This document shows, piece after piece, positions 31,701 to 39,517 of a DNA stretch of 64,000 nucleotides. Numbering within the stretch: the stretch's first letter is position 1; each line of letters opens with the position of its first letter. The stretch covers positions 928,001 to 992,000 of the forward strand of contig OZ244057.1 in assembly GCA_965215515.1 (NCBI GenBank), written 5' to 3'. The translations under genes were made by a program, and so were the position numbers. This DNA is from Oligoflexales bacterium (lineage in GTDB: Bacteria; Bdellovibrionota_B; Oligoflexia; Oligoflexales; JAPPIL01). Below the pieces are notes generated by a model. The model made no database searches and was not told the origin of the DNA. It saw only the letters and a list, made by a program, of their open reading frames with translations.

Positions 31701-33832
31701 AGTTGCGTGACAAGGGTAGCGGCGAAGATGTGGAAGATGTGGCTCTCGACATTCTCAATGACGACGAAGACGATCTCGACGTTAATGAAAGAGACCGTCG
31801 CAGTGGCAAGACTCCGCTGCATTATGCGGTCGAGTACGAGTATGCTCGTTTGCTTGCCGCTCTGTTGGCGCATCCTGACCTCCAGATTAATTTAAAAGAC
31901 GGGGAGGGCGAGACTGCTTTGCATCACGCGGTGCGTTTACAGCAGGCCAGCACGGTTACCGATTTGTTGCGGCATCGTGCTATCGAGGTCAATGCCACTG
32001 ATAGAGATGGCGATACTGCTCTGTTGCTCGCGGTGCGGGAGCAGGAACAGGCGATAGTTACCTTGCTAGCGCGGCATCGTGACATCGATGCGAACCGCAA
32101 AGACAGGGCGGGTGATACACCTCTGCTGCTGGCGGTGAAAAGCAAGAACGCTAATCTCGTGGGTATTTTGTTGCGTACTGCAGGCGTGGAGGTCAATTTG
32201 AAGGACGGTGATGGTGACGCTCCTCTGCACATCGCGATACGGGGCAGCGACACTCCTGTGGTGACACAGCTCGCCGCCGTCGCGGCCATCGAGGCCAACC
32301 ACAAAAACGCTGACGGCGACACGGCGCTGCACATTGCAGCTCGCAACAAAAAGAGCGGTCTGGTGCGCACCCTGCTGAGCATTGCGGGTATCGATGTCGA
32401 TGTGAAGGATCGCGGCAACAAGACTGCCCTTCATCTGGCGGTGGCTAAGCGCGATGCGGCTACGGTCACTCATCTGCTCGAGCATAGCAGTATTGACGTT
32501 AACGCGGTGGTAACGGGGGTTGAGGGTCGCACGGCGCTGCATCTCGCCATCGCGCAGCACATTGCGACCGACGAAGATTATAGTCGGGTCATCGATCTGT
32601 TGTTGGGGCATCTCGACATCGACGTTAACGTCAAGAACAGCCATCAGGAGAGTTTGCTGCTGCTGACGGTCAAGGAGGAGGAGACCGCGCTAATTACCAA
32701 ACTGTTGGCGCATGCGAACATCGAGGTTAACAGCAGCAACAGTCGGCAGAAAACTTCTTTGATGTTCGCGGCCGAGCGCGGCTCGCTTAACATTGTGCAT
32801 CAGTTGTTGGCGCATCGCGACATCGATGTCAATGTGCAGGACAACAAGCGTTTCACTGCTTTGCATTTTGCCGCGCATCACGGGCAGGTTGCTGTCGTGC
32901 GTGCGTTGCTGGCACATGCTGGTATCGACACTGCACTCAGAGACAGATGGAATTTAACTCCTCGCAAACGAGCGAAGGCTAGGGGACATACTGGGGTGGT
33001 GGCGGTGTTCGACGAGTATGAGGCAGGTAATGTCGGCAGTGCGGTAACTTTGTTGGCTGAGTTGGCGCGGGGCGATAGCGAGGAGAGTGTGCTGACTATT
33101 ATCGCGGCTAAGCGGGGCAACGTTGCCGTCAATGCTGTGGATGATAGCAATGCTTACACGGCACTGCACTATGCGGCGCGACGCGGTTATCTACGGGTAG
33201 TGAACGCTCTGTTGGATTACGACGCTATCGAGGTCAACGCAGCCAGTGCAGGGCTGGAGCGCCCCTTACATCTTGCCGCACGTGGGGGTCATGAGCGTGT
33301 TGTGCGTGCATTACTGGCGCACGGGAGGATTCAGATCAATGTCCGTGACAGTCGGGGGGTTACACCCTTGCATCGTGCGGTCGTCGGCGAGAATAATGCC
33401 CTGGTGCAGGCGTTGTTGGGGCATACGGGCATTCGTCCTACGCTCGCTACTAACAACGGCTACACGGCACTGCATTGGGCGGCGCAGCTCGGTTATGACG
33501 GTGTTGTGCGTCTCTTGCTCAACAAGCAGCCTCGGCTCATCAACATCAAGACGGTGCGGGGGCGCACGGCACTTTATTATGCCGCCTGGTTTGGGCACAC
33601 GTCCACTGTGCAGCAGCTGCTCAGGGAAACGGCTGTCAACGTGAATGCGCGCGACGAGGATGGCGATACTGCTTTGCATAAGGTCGCGGCGTACGATCGT
33701 CTTGCCGTCGCTCGTTTGTTGCTCGAGGCGGGAGCGAGCACGCAGATTAGCAATAAGAAGCGTGAGAGGGCGCGTGATATCGCGGAGGAGAGGGGATACG
33801 TGGAGATAGTGGCACTTATCGATAGTTATTGA
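28712..33832 (+). CDS. Large lipoprotein: metzincin-type metalloprotease domain plus about 34 ankyrin repeats
   Basis: Lipobox CLAC; HEIGHAFGLAD zinc motif with downstream AIM Met-turn; repeated G-x-T-[AP]-L-H-x-A units. Confidence 0.92.
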   Translation: MKNDAKRLLSLWMLALCLACGGDDLESGSKFISKTQRDRDGHPSGSDIHRCYYRGNTVVCGLHGNAYLINKVHEKDHPNSSSDARDPPYLDMTVEVQVGWWATKHEDCDNPCMTDDKVTAGESPDPTTCTSTDEGADPASPDDDTVTEHDCTWHSCLGGVNATEVVNAAIDKWLAPLRTPYSSTENPIISGGYIDNTDPKDVADLTVNFACSHSSLASKIPCPISCTRYRNASGGYTTIPSSDGSCDKDSSGACAHNQPVIQLGDGRLPKENHRDTLGEHDKLNLLHEIGHAFGLADTHDGGVRIGKQPRAIMAWERIGERGNNDLLLGKDDKAGVQWLYEHHRRGQRERDCHFDEYEYNSNTGQEGCEPRYVLIVTLKNRNHGEAVVIIDTDPNLDINEVEEETGNSALHYAIIEHANPINTDADTAGYLLVIQELLDYAGINLNLKDKTTGRTPLHLAVQFNQQRIVILLLAAAGILVQTADDKQQTALHYAASLGHTHLISAMLASFGSHVEAQDSDGKTALHLAAANGHADTVSFFSAYTGGGIAALAGTEDNDGNTALHLAAENGRTDVVAVILRADRGRTFLNSTNDRDETPLHLAAKFGRDDVVASLLRQTDVDINRQDVQGNTPLHLAALHNRPAVVRLLLNKSGIDTTISNGNDKTARDEAVSHRHTDVIDVFDGGDTLYGTSSAERLIQALKVGNIDPDEYCTAGDSDCRQKSALTIMRTDQNLDVNYTEPSTGNTALHYAVQGDDPVGAARGPYETVVDLLVRRTLLNPNLKNTNGATPLHLAVRHAKLETVRLLLGNRRLDANLTNNVGETALHIAVDLAHENILAELLRYRSGTVDVNLQDDTGRTPLHIAAEQRNPEVVQMLVDDRRVDVNLRTRTHDETALHIAAEFDNDEVVEVLLRDADIDVNLQDATGSTALHSAAHHGSTAVVTLLLDVPNIDLTILDNQQLSAYGRAEASGSNDVVEIFDNLDRGDDVVFRGTLMEELRDKGSGEDVEDVALDILNDDEDDLDVNERDRRSGKTPLHYAVEYEYARLLAALLAHPDLQINLKDGEGETALHHAVRLQQASTVTDLLRHRAIEVNATDRDGDTALLLAVREQEQAIVTLLARHRDIDANRKDRAGDTPLLLAVKSKNANLVGILLRTAGVEVNLKDGDGDAPLHIAIRGSDTPVVTQLAAVAAIEANHKNADGDTALHIAARNKKSGLVRTLLSIAGIDVDVKDRGNKTALHLAVAKRDAATVTHLLEHSSIDVNAVVTGVEGRTALHLAIAQHIATDEDYSRVIDLLLGHLDIDVNVKNSHQESLLLLTVKEEETALITKLLAHANIEVNSSNSRQKTSLMFAAERGSLNIVHQLLAHRDIDVNVQDNKRFTALHFAAHHGQVAVVRALLAHAGIDTALRDRWNLTPRKRAKARGHTGVVAVFDEYEAGNVGSAVTLLAELARGDSEESVLTIIAAKRGNVAVNAVDDSNAYTALHYAARRGYLRVVNALLDYDAIEVNAASAGLERPLHLAARGGHERVVRALLAHGRIQINVRDSRGVTPLHRAVVGENNALVQALLGHTGIRPTLATNNGYTALHWAAQLGYDGVVRLLLNKQPRLINIKTVRGRTALYYAAWFGHTSTVQQLLRETAVNVNARDEDGDTALHKVAAYDRLAVARLLLEAGASTQISNKKRERARDIAEERGYVEIVALIDSY

Positions 33833-33849
33833 CGACGCGGGGAGGAAGC

Positions 33850-34554
33850 ATGCCGTTACGAATCTTGGCCATCGCCGTCATGTTTTGCGGTACTGTCACT
33901 TGTGGTGATGATTTGCTCGATCTCAACGAGGCACAGATGCGCATCATTGCCAAGCAGTTGCGTGACGGTGCCAGCAGCGGTGCGATGCGGTGTGGGGAAG
34001 CGGCGCGTCGGACTGTGCATGCTGATCTGCATCTATCGCCTGCGCAGCGTGAGGGGTTGGGGGAGTTCAGGTGTCTCCCGTTGCCCACTCGCTTTACTTG
34101 TCGGGCGGAGCTATGTGTGTGTAGTACTGACGGCGAACAGGACGATGACGGCGACTATGATGTCGACTGCACGCACACGGAGGACGGCAAGACCACTAGG
34201 GAAGCGTTTAAGTTTAGCGCTGAGGAGGTTGCTGTTTTTGACTCTGAGACTGCGCCACCTGATACTACACCGCCTGCTGGCACCCCGTCGGGCACTGCTT
34301 CGTCCACTGCCAATCCTGTTGTCTGTGCGGCGGAGGGTGAGGAGACTCTACGTTATGGTGAGTCTGTGTTGCAGTTGGCGACCGATCATCCTGTGTTGGT
34401 CAGCGATGAGGATCTTGCTGGTTTGGTTTGCAGCAGCAGCGAGCGGGGTGGGGAGCGTGTTCTTCGTTGTGAGGGCAGTGTTTGCGAGTGCACGGCGACG
34501 TTCAGGGTCGATGTCGTCCCTGTGTCTGCCCGTTGTGTCGAGCTCTCCCTCTAG
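33850..34554 (+). CDS. Cys-rich secreted hypothetical protein
   Basis: GGAGG RBS, signal/lipoprotein-like N-terminus, two Cys-rich halves separated by a Pro/Thr linker. Confidence 0.65.
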   Translation: MPLRILAIAVMFCGTVTCGDDLLDLNEAQMRIIAKQLRDGASSGAMRCGEAARRTVHADLHLSPAQREGLGEFRCLPLPTRFTCRAELCVCSTDGEQDDDGDYDVDCTHTEDGKTTREAFKFSAEEVAVFDSETAPPDTTPPAGTPSGTASSTANPVVCAAEGEETLRYGESVLQLATDHPVLVSDEDLAGLVCSSSERGGERVLRCEGSVCECTATFRVDVVPVSARCVELSL

Positions 34555-34565
34555 GTGGGGGGGTG

Positions 34566-35210
34566 TCATTCGTTGTAACGTTCTGCGAAGGCGGCGACTC
34601 GCAGGACGTTGTGTAGTTTGACATCGGGGCGGCGGTAGTAGTGGGGAAATCCCTCGTAGCTGATGAAGCGCACTCCGACATCGTCGCCGTGGCTGCCGAC
34701 GACTAGGCCATGGAAGTTGTTGTGGCGAAAGTGGCGGTCGATGAGAATGACCACATGTCCGTGCCATTTATTTCCGTCGTAGGTGCCGTAGACGAGCATG
34801 TCGCCTATTTTGGCTCGGTCGATAGTGATGTTGTAGTAGCCGTTGTTTTTTTTCACTTTGCGCATGATGCTGGTCGGTTGGTATTTCTTGTAGTAGGCAC
34901 CCAGGTCTTGAAAAATTTTCATGGTGAAGTTGGAGCAGTCCACTCCTCGCAACCAGTTACGTCCCCCCCAGCGGTAGGGTGTTCCTTGTCTGATCATGGC
35001 GAGATAGAGCAGGGTATTGTGGTGGATGTTGTTCGATCTGTAGCGGTCGAAGAGGTTGTCATCCATTGTAACGATCAGTTGGGTGTGCTCTTCGTGTTCC
35101 AGTGTGTTTGTTGCGGCTAAAAAATCGTCTATCCCTCTTTCGCCGTGTCCTCGAGCACTGACACCTGTTGTCAGCAGTGCGCACCCGAGCGCGGCTGCGT
35201 ATCGCCACAT
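34566..35210 (-). CDS. NlpC/P60 family cysteine peptidase
   Basis: Signal peptide; GTPYRWGG, GVDCSNF, GDMLVY, GHVVI. Confidence 0.9.
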   Translation of the reverse strand: MWRYAAALGCALLTTGVSARGHGERGIDDFLAATNTLEHEEHTQLIVTMDDNLFDRYRSNNIHHNTLLYLAMIRQGTPYRWGGRNWLRGVDCSNFTMKIFQDLGAYYKKYQPTSIMRKVKKNNGYYNITIDRAKIGDMLVYGTYDGNKWHGHVVILIDRHFRHNNFHGLVVGSHGDDVGVRFISYEGFPHYYRRPDVKLHNVLRVAAFAERYNE

Positions 35211-35401
35211 GGTAAGGGTTCTTCCCCGTAAAGCGGTTACCTAACGCCTATACTAACCGCGTGGGACTGACGGGTCAACTAGCATGGATGATTGTGGCGC
35301 AAGTCAAGACACAGCCCTGGCACAATTGCCCGCCCTCTTCCGCGGCAAGGTAGCGCTCGACCACATTTTTAGGAAATTATATCAAATACTTGCAGAAAAT
35401 G

Positions 35402-35430
35402 TTGACTATAAGCACGAAAAGCGACATAAT
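35402..35430 (+). promoter_or_regulatory. Sigma-70 promoter, near-leaderless
   Basis: TTGACT-N17-CATAAT ending 9 nt before ATG 35440; no SD visible. Confidence 0.55.
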
Positions 35431-35439
35431 TTACCTGTC

Positions 35440-36609
35440 ATGATCAATAGAACAGTCAAGCCTTCTAAATTCCAGAGTTTTTTCTTGTTCGGGGCACGTG
35501 GAACGGGTAAATCTACCTTGCTACGGCGGTTACTGTCAGTACGTGAGCATTTCTGGGTTGGCTTGCTGGAAGCAGAGACAGAGGCACGTTATCTCAACGC
35601 ACCGCAGTTGTTATTGCAAGATTGGCAGAAAGCCAGTGCCAAACAACGGCAGAACAACTGGGTAGTTATCGACGAAGTGCAGAAGGCACCGCGTCTCCTT
35701 GATGTGGTACATCTTGCCATAGAGAGGCATGGCATCAATTTCGCCATGACTGGCTCCAGTGCGCGCAAATTGCGGCGTGGTGCGGCTAATTTACTGGCGG
35801 GGCGGGCCGTCACCTTTGCCCTATATCCCTTTAGTGCGCGAGAGCTTGGTTTGCAGTTTGATCTCGATGATGCCCTTAATTTTGGGATGTTACCACGTGC
35901 TGTGGCTTTGCGCGACGAAAGTACCGAACGCAAGCGTTTTCTACATAGCTACGTCAATACCTATTTGCGTGAGGAGGTGCAAGCCGAAGGCTTCCTGCGT
36001 AAGTTTGCTCCCTTTCGTAGTTTTTTACAAATTGCTGCCAGTGCTAGTGCCACAGTCCTGAACATATCTTTGCTGGCGCGCCAAACTGGTGTCGATAAGA
36101 GTACCGTGCAAAGATATTTCAGTATTCTGGAAGACACCTTGATCGGTTTTTACTTGCCTGCTTTTAGTCGTAGCACTCGCATGGCTTATACCAAGCATCC
36201 CAAGTTTTATTTTTTTGATACAGGTGTTGCACGAGCCGCGTCATTGTCTCTCGATACCTATCTACGCCCAGCTACCTATGAATTCGGACGCTTTTTTGAA
36301 CATTTTGTCGTGTTGGAAATTATCAAAGAAAACTCTGCACACGAAAAGGGCTACGAGTTTTTTTGCTTCCGCACCGATAGGGGGGCAGAGATCGATATCA
36401 TTGCCAATAAAGGCAGGCAGACACTGGCGATCGAAATCAAATCCACTCCCACACCAGACATCACTGCCATCCGTAAACTCGCCCGCTTAAGCAAGAGCAT
36501 TGCCAACTGCCAGCCATGTATTTTTTGTCGCACCACAACACCTTCCCTAGTTGAAGGTGTGCACGTTATGCCTTGGCAGCAGGGGATTGCGGAATTTTTC
36601 AGCTGCTGA
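35440..36609 (+). CDS. AAA_14 ATPase with DUF4143 domain
   Basis: GARGTGKS, IDEVQK, TGSSARKL, LLAGRA, KFYFFDTG, EID..., IEIK. Confidence 0.92.
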   Translation: MINRTVKPSKFQSFFLFGARGTGKSTLLRRLLSVREHFWVGLLEAETEARYLNAPQLLLQDWQKASAKQRQNNWVVIDEVQKAPRLLDVVHLAIERHGINFAMTGSSARKLRRGAANLLAGRAVTFALYPFSARELGLQFDLDDALNFGMLPRAVALRDESTERKRFLHSYVNTYLREEVQAEGFLRKFAPFRSFLQIAASASATVLNISLLARQTGVDKSTVQRYFSILEDTLIGFYLPAFSRSTRMAYTKHPKFYFFDTGVARAASLSLDTYLRPATYEFGRFFEHFVVLEIIKENSAHEKGYEFFCFRTDRGAEIDIIANKGRQTLAIEIKSTPTPDITAIRKLARLSKSIANCQPCIFCRTTTPSLVEGVHVMPWQQGIAEFFSC

Positions 36610-36641
36610 ACTGCCGATAGAGAGAAAGCAGGGGGTATAGT

Positions 36642-36794
36642 TCACTCTTCTTTTTTCAGTTCACCCCAGGTGGTAGTTTGTTTGTCTTTTGCCACGACAG
36701 GCATAGCTTTGGGATGGGCGGCGATGAGTGCGGCGATGCGTGCCAGACCGAGCTGGCGGGCGAGGTCTAGTGCGCTGTGCCCGTCTATACCGCA
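36642..36794 (-). pseudogene. 3' fragment of an ankyrin-repeat gene carrying the C-terminal TTTWGELK motif
   Basis: Manual translation CGIDGHSALDLARQLGLARIAALIAAHPKAMPVVAKDKQTTTWGELKKEE*; in-frame stop immediately upstream, no start. Confidence 0.7.
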
Positions 36795-36815
36795 TCACCC
36801 TGCGTATAGCCACAC

Positions 36816-36947
36816 TCACTGTTCCCCCCGCCGTGCCTGTGCCAAGAAAGCATGATAACGCGGCAGCGCCAAGGCTCCCAAAATGCCGATAATCGCCACC
36901 GCGACCATCAACTCCACCAAACTTAAACCCGCCTTCGTCCGCACCAC
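36816..36947 (-). pseudogene. Truncated type IV pilin (N-terminal helix only)
   Basis: Manual translation (V)VRTKAG|LSLVELMVAVAIIGILGALALPRYHAFLAQARRGEQ*: class III signal with E5, stops after 43 aa. Confidence 0.8.
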
Positions 36948-37116
36948 TTCCCTTTTTTTGGCTAAAAACAAAACTCCCCCAGGCGAACTCCATCGGCGTT
37001 TTTTTTCGCTTTAGTTATGTTGCAAAAACCCTAAAATTACAATTGTCTGTCTGCAATATTGAGGGAGAGAGGGGGGAAGAAGAAATGGGGCAGCTACACA
37101 TTGATCGTGCGCCAAA

Positions 37117-38811
37117 TCAGCCAGATATTGTCTTTCTTGCAATATATTTATTGTGAATGTGTTCTATATGGTATGGGGCGTTCTTTGCGATCGGTTCGTT
37201 AAGATCTACCGTTACGTCGTAGAATTCTGCCGATGCCTGGTGTCCCGCATCACGATATATCGCCGCTAACGTCTTCCTGGTTTTTTCGTCAGTGCTGTCG
37301 AGAAAGAATGCCAAGCGCAGTTTTTTAAAAGCTTCTGTTTCGTTGCTCGCCAGTAACTTTTGTGCCTCTCTTCGTAATTTCGTTGCTTCTTTACTAAAGT
37401 CAAAGAGACTCTCTCCATCATAGAGCTTCTCGCTACTGCTAAGCAGTGCAGTCCTTTGAGTAGAGTCAAGCTCGTGAAAGCCTGCGTCACGCAACCTTGC
37501 GGCAACCCGCAGCATTTTGTAGTGATTGAGCACCCCCGCGCCATCGACCTGGCTGGTACTGTGGATGCTCGTGCGGGTAGCAGTTTTTTGCAGCATGATA
37601 ACCGCTTCATCCCGACTCAGATCTGGAAGGATACTCATGGTGTCGGCAAGCGCACCAGTGACCATCGGGGTTGCTCCACTCGTACCACCGAAGCGAGTAA
37701 GCGTACCTCCTATCTCAGACACTTGGAAAGTATCAGCAGGTGCAAGCACGATTACTTTTTCCGATACTTGCGAAAATTCGCTAGGAAAACCCCCAGGATC
37801 AGCACTGCCTACCGTGATAATTTCGTCTCCGAGATTAGCAATTATCTTATCATCACCAGAGAGTGGAAAGTCATTGCCGACACCCTTAATGAAAATAGTT
37901 TTACGAAGACCGACCTCTTCCTTTGCTTTAGCAATATCTTCCAACCCCACTCCAAGTCCCCCCAGCGATACGTTGACGAGATCGGGTTCTACTGCGAGGC
38001 TATTTTCCGAAAATGTTGTTTCCTCCCGTAATGAAAAAATATCAGATCCTCGGTTATCAGCTCGCACATGAGTTACTTTTCCCCTGGAAGACACTCCCAC
38101 AGGAGCTTCCCCCAATATAATACCAAGTACCTTCGCAGCATGATTGTCATTGCCATTATTTCGAAAATAGTTATCCATTATGTCCGACCAGTTACTATCG
38201 ACAGACAGATCGTCGTGCATTCTTGAACGCATTGTTTCACTCATCACACTAGGAGGCGTAAAGCCTCCGTCTATGATGGCTATATTAGAATCAACCAAGT
38301 CAAGTTTCTTTCCTATCTTCTCCATCAGCATTCTTGCCTCAGGTGTTCCAGTTGCTTCTTGTGCCCAAAAAACGTTAAGCCGCGAAGAAAACTTCGGTAA
38401 TCCCAAGTTATGCGGAGGACGCAGTCCTAGTCTGGCGATACTTCGCTCATAAGTGTATCTATCTTCATACTCAATTATGCCGTAGTCCTTGCTGTACAGG
38501 TTCAGTATTTTTTCACGGTCAAGACTTTGTACTACACCTTCACCTTTTCCTACAGTTTTTCCAGCCTTCCCTAGTGCCTCTTTTTCTCGTGCCGCTTTTT
38601 CTAGTGCTTCTTCCAGTGCCTTGTTTTTGGCGGCTTTACGTTTACCGATAACCACCGCCGTCACCGCTACCACAACCGTTGCGACAATCAGCGCGACGGA
38701 CTTCCAGCGGGCGCGCTGATCTTCCTCCGCTTCACTGTCCGCAGCAAAACCTGGAGTAACCGATAACGACACCGTGAGAATAACTGCAATTAGCCTCTTA
38801 CAAAGCACCAT
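37117..38811 (-). CDS. S8 subtilase-family serine peptidase with signal+TM leader
   Basis: IIDGGF (Asp), NHAAKVLGII (His), GND (oxyanion Asn), GGTSGATP (Ser); AAGGAGG RBS; AT-richer than flanks. Confidence 0.88.
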   Translation of the reverse strand: MVLCKRLIAVILTVSLSVTPGFAADSEAEEDQRARWKSVALIVATVVVAVTAVVIGKRKAAKNKALEEALEKAAREKEALGKAGKTVGKGEGVVQSLDREKILNLYSKDYGIIEYEDRYTYERSIARLGLRPPHNLGLPKFSSRLNVFWAQEATGTPEARMLMEKIGKKLDLVDSNIAIIDGGFTPPSVMSETMRSRMHDDLSVDSNWSDIMDNYFRNNGNDNHAAKVLGIILGEAPVGVSSRGKVTHVRADNRGSDIFSLREETTFSENSLAVEPDLVNVSLGGLGVGLEDIAKAKEEVGLRKTIFIKGVGNDFPLSGDDKIIANLGDEIITVGSADPGGFPSEFSQVSEKVIVLAPADTFQVSEIGGTLTRFGGTSGATPMVTGALADTMSILPDLSRDEAVIMLQKTATRTSIHSTSQVDGAGVLNHYKMLRVAARLRDAGFHELDSTQRTALLSSSEKLYDGESLFDFSKEATKLRREAQKLLASNETEAFKKLRLAFFLDSTDEKTRKTLAAIYRDAGHQASAEFYDVTVDLNEPIAKNAPYHIEHIHNKYIARKTISG

Positions 38812-38856
38812 AGAAAGCCTCCTTACTCGTCTTACCAAGGGCGACTACCAAGGGTG

Positions 38857-38886
38857 ATTGTAACATACAATTATTATTAATTTCAA
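38857..38886 (-). promoter_or_regulatory. Sigma-70 promoter of the subtilase gene
   Basis: TTGAAA-N18-TACAAT with an extended TG; homologous to the promoter at 41348-41376. Confidence 0.55.
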
Positions 38887-39074
38887 CCTGTTTACGTTAT
38901 TTTATATAGTACTCGTAATAATTTTACCCCTAACCATGAGTAGGGGCACAACAGCGGTGTCGTAGCAAAGACTTAACAATTGCCATCACATCTATGCACA
39001 GCAGCGAAAAGCCGTCTGGTGGGGAGTATGCCAGCTAGCATAGCCGCTGATCCCGTTTCAACACAACCACCCGT

Positions 39075-39233
39075 CTACCCCCTCTTATCCTTCAGACCAC
39101 GCTTGAGCAGTTGCAGTTCTTTCTTGGATAGTCCAGTGATGCGGATGATTTTCGCTTCAGGCTCATCTTCCTCGAGCATCTTCATCGCGATGTCGCGTCG
39201 CTCCTCGCCCTTCCCCTCGGCTTTGCCCTCGCC
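39075..39233 (-). pseudogene. C-terminal remnant of an Rpn/YhgA-like (PD-(D/E)XK putative transposase) gene
   Basis: EGKAEGKGEERRDIAMKML...KIIRITGLSKKEL is the typical Rpn C-terminal tail. Confidence 0.7.
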
Positions 39234-39494
39234 GTGCGTCCGCACTTGCCACTCCCCCTCACATCGTCGCTGAGCCACAGGCGGACATCGCCTCTGGCAA
39301 CGAGTGCCTTGTTATACTTGCCCCAATTCCTGACCTGGTACGCGGTACCGTTTCTCACCGCCGAACTCCACGTGATGGGTTTTTGATTTTTTCATCGTAT
39401 CATGAATGCTGCGGCCGTGCCTTATTCTCGTCTGATTTCTTTTGCCAAACTGACTCGTAGTGCCTGAATATACACCGACTTAGGCAACAATGCC
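39234..39494 (-). mobile_element. Left-end remnant of an IS5-family (IS903 group) element
   Basis: Terminal IR GGCATTGTTGCCTAAGTC (39494-39477) resembles IS903 GGCTTTGTTGAATAAATC. Frameshifted transposase start from 39395: MKKSK...KRY / QVRNWGKYNKALVARGDVRLWL. Confidence 0.8.
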
Positions 39495-39517
39495 ACGGGA
39501 CTCAGGAACAACGTTGT

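Noticed and set aside
36661..36993. 110-aa ORF from the track
   Set aside because: Shadow frame; the recognisable pilin and ankyrin fragments are in other frames.
36990..37013. Sigma-28 promoter for the pilin fragment (TAAA...GCCGATGG)
   Set aside because: The spacer is 12 nt rather than 15, although it contains a homopolymer.
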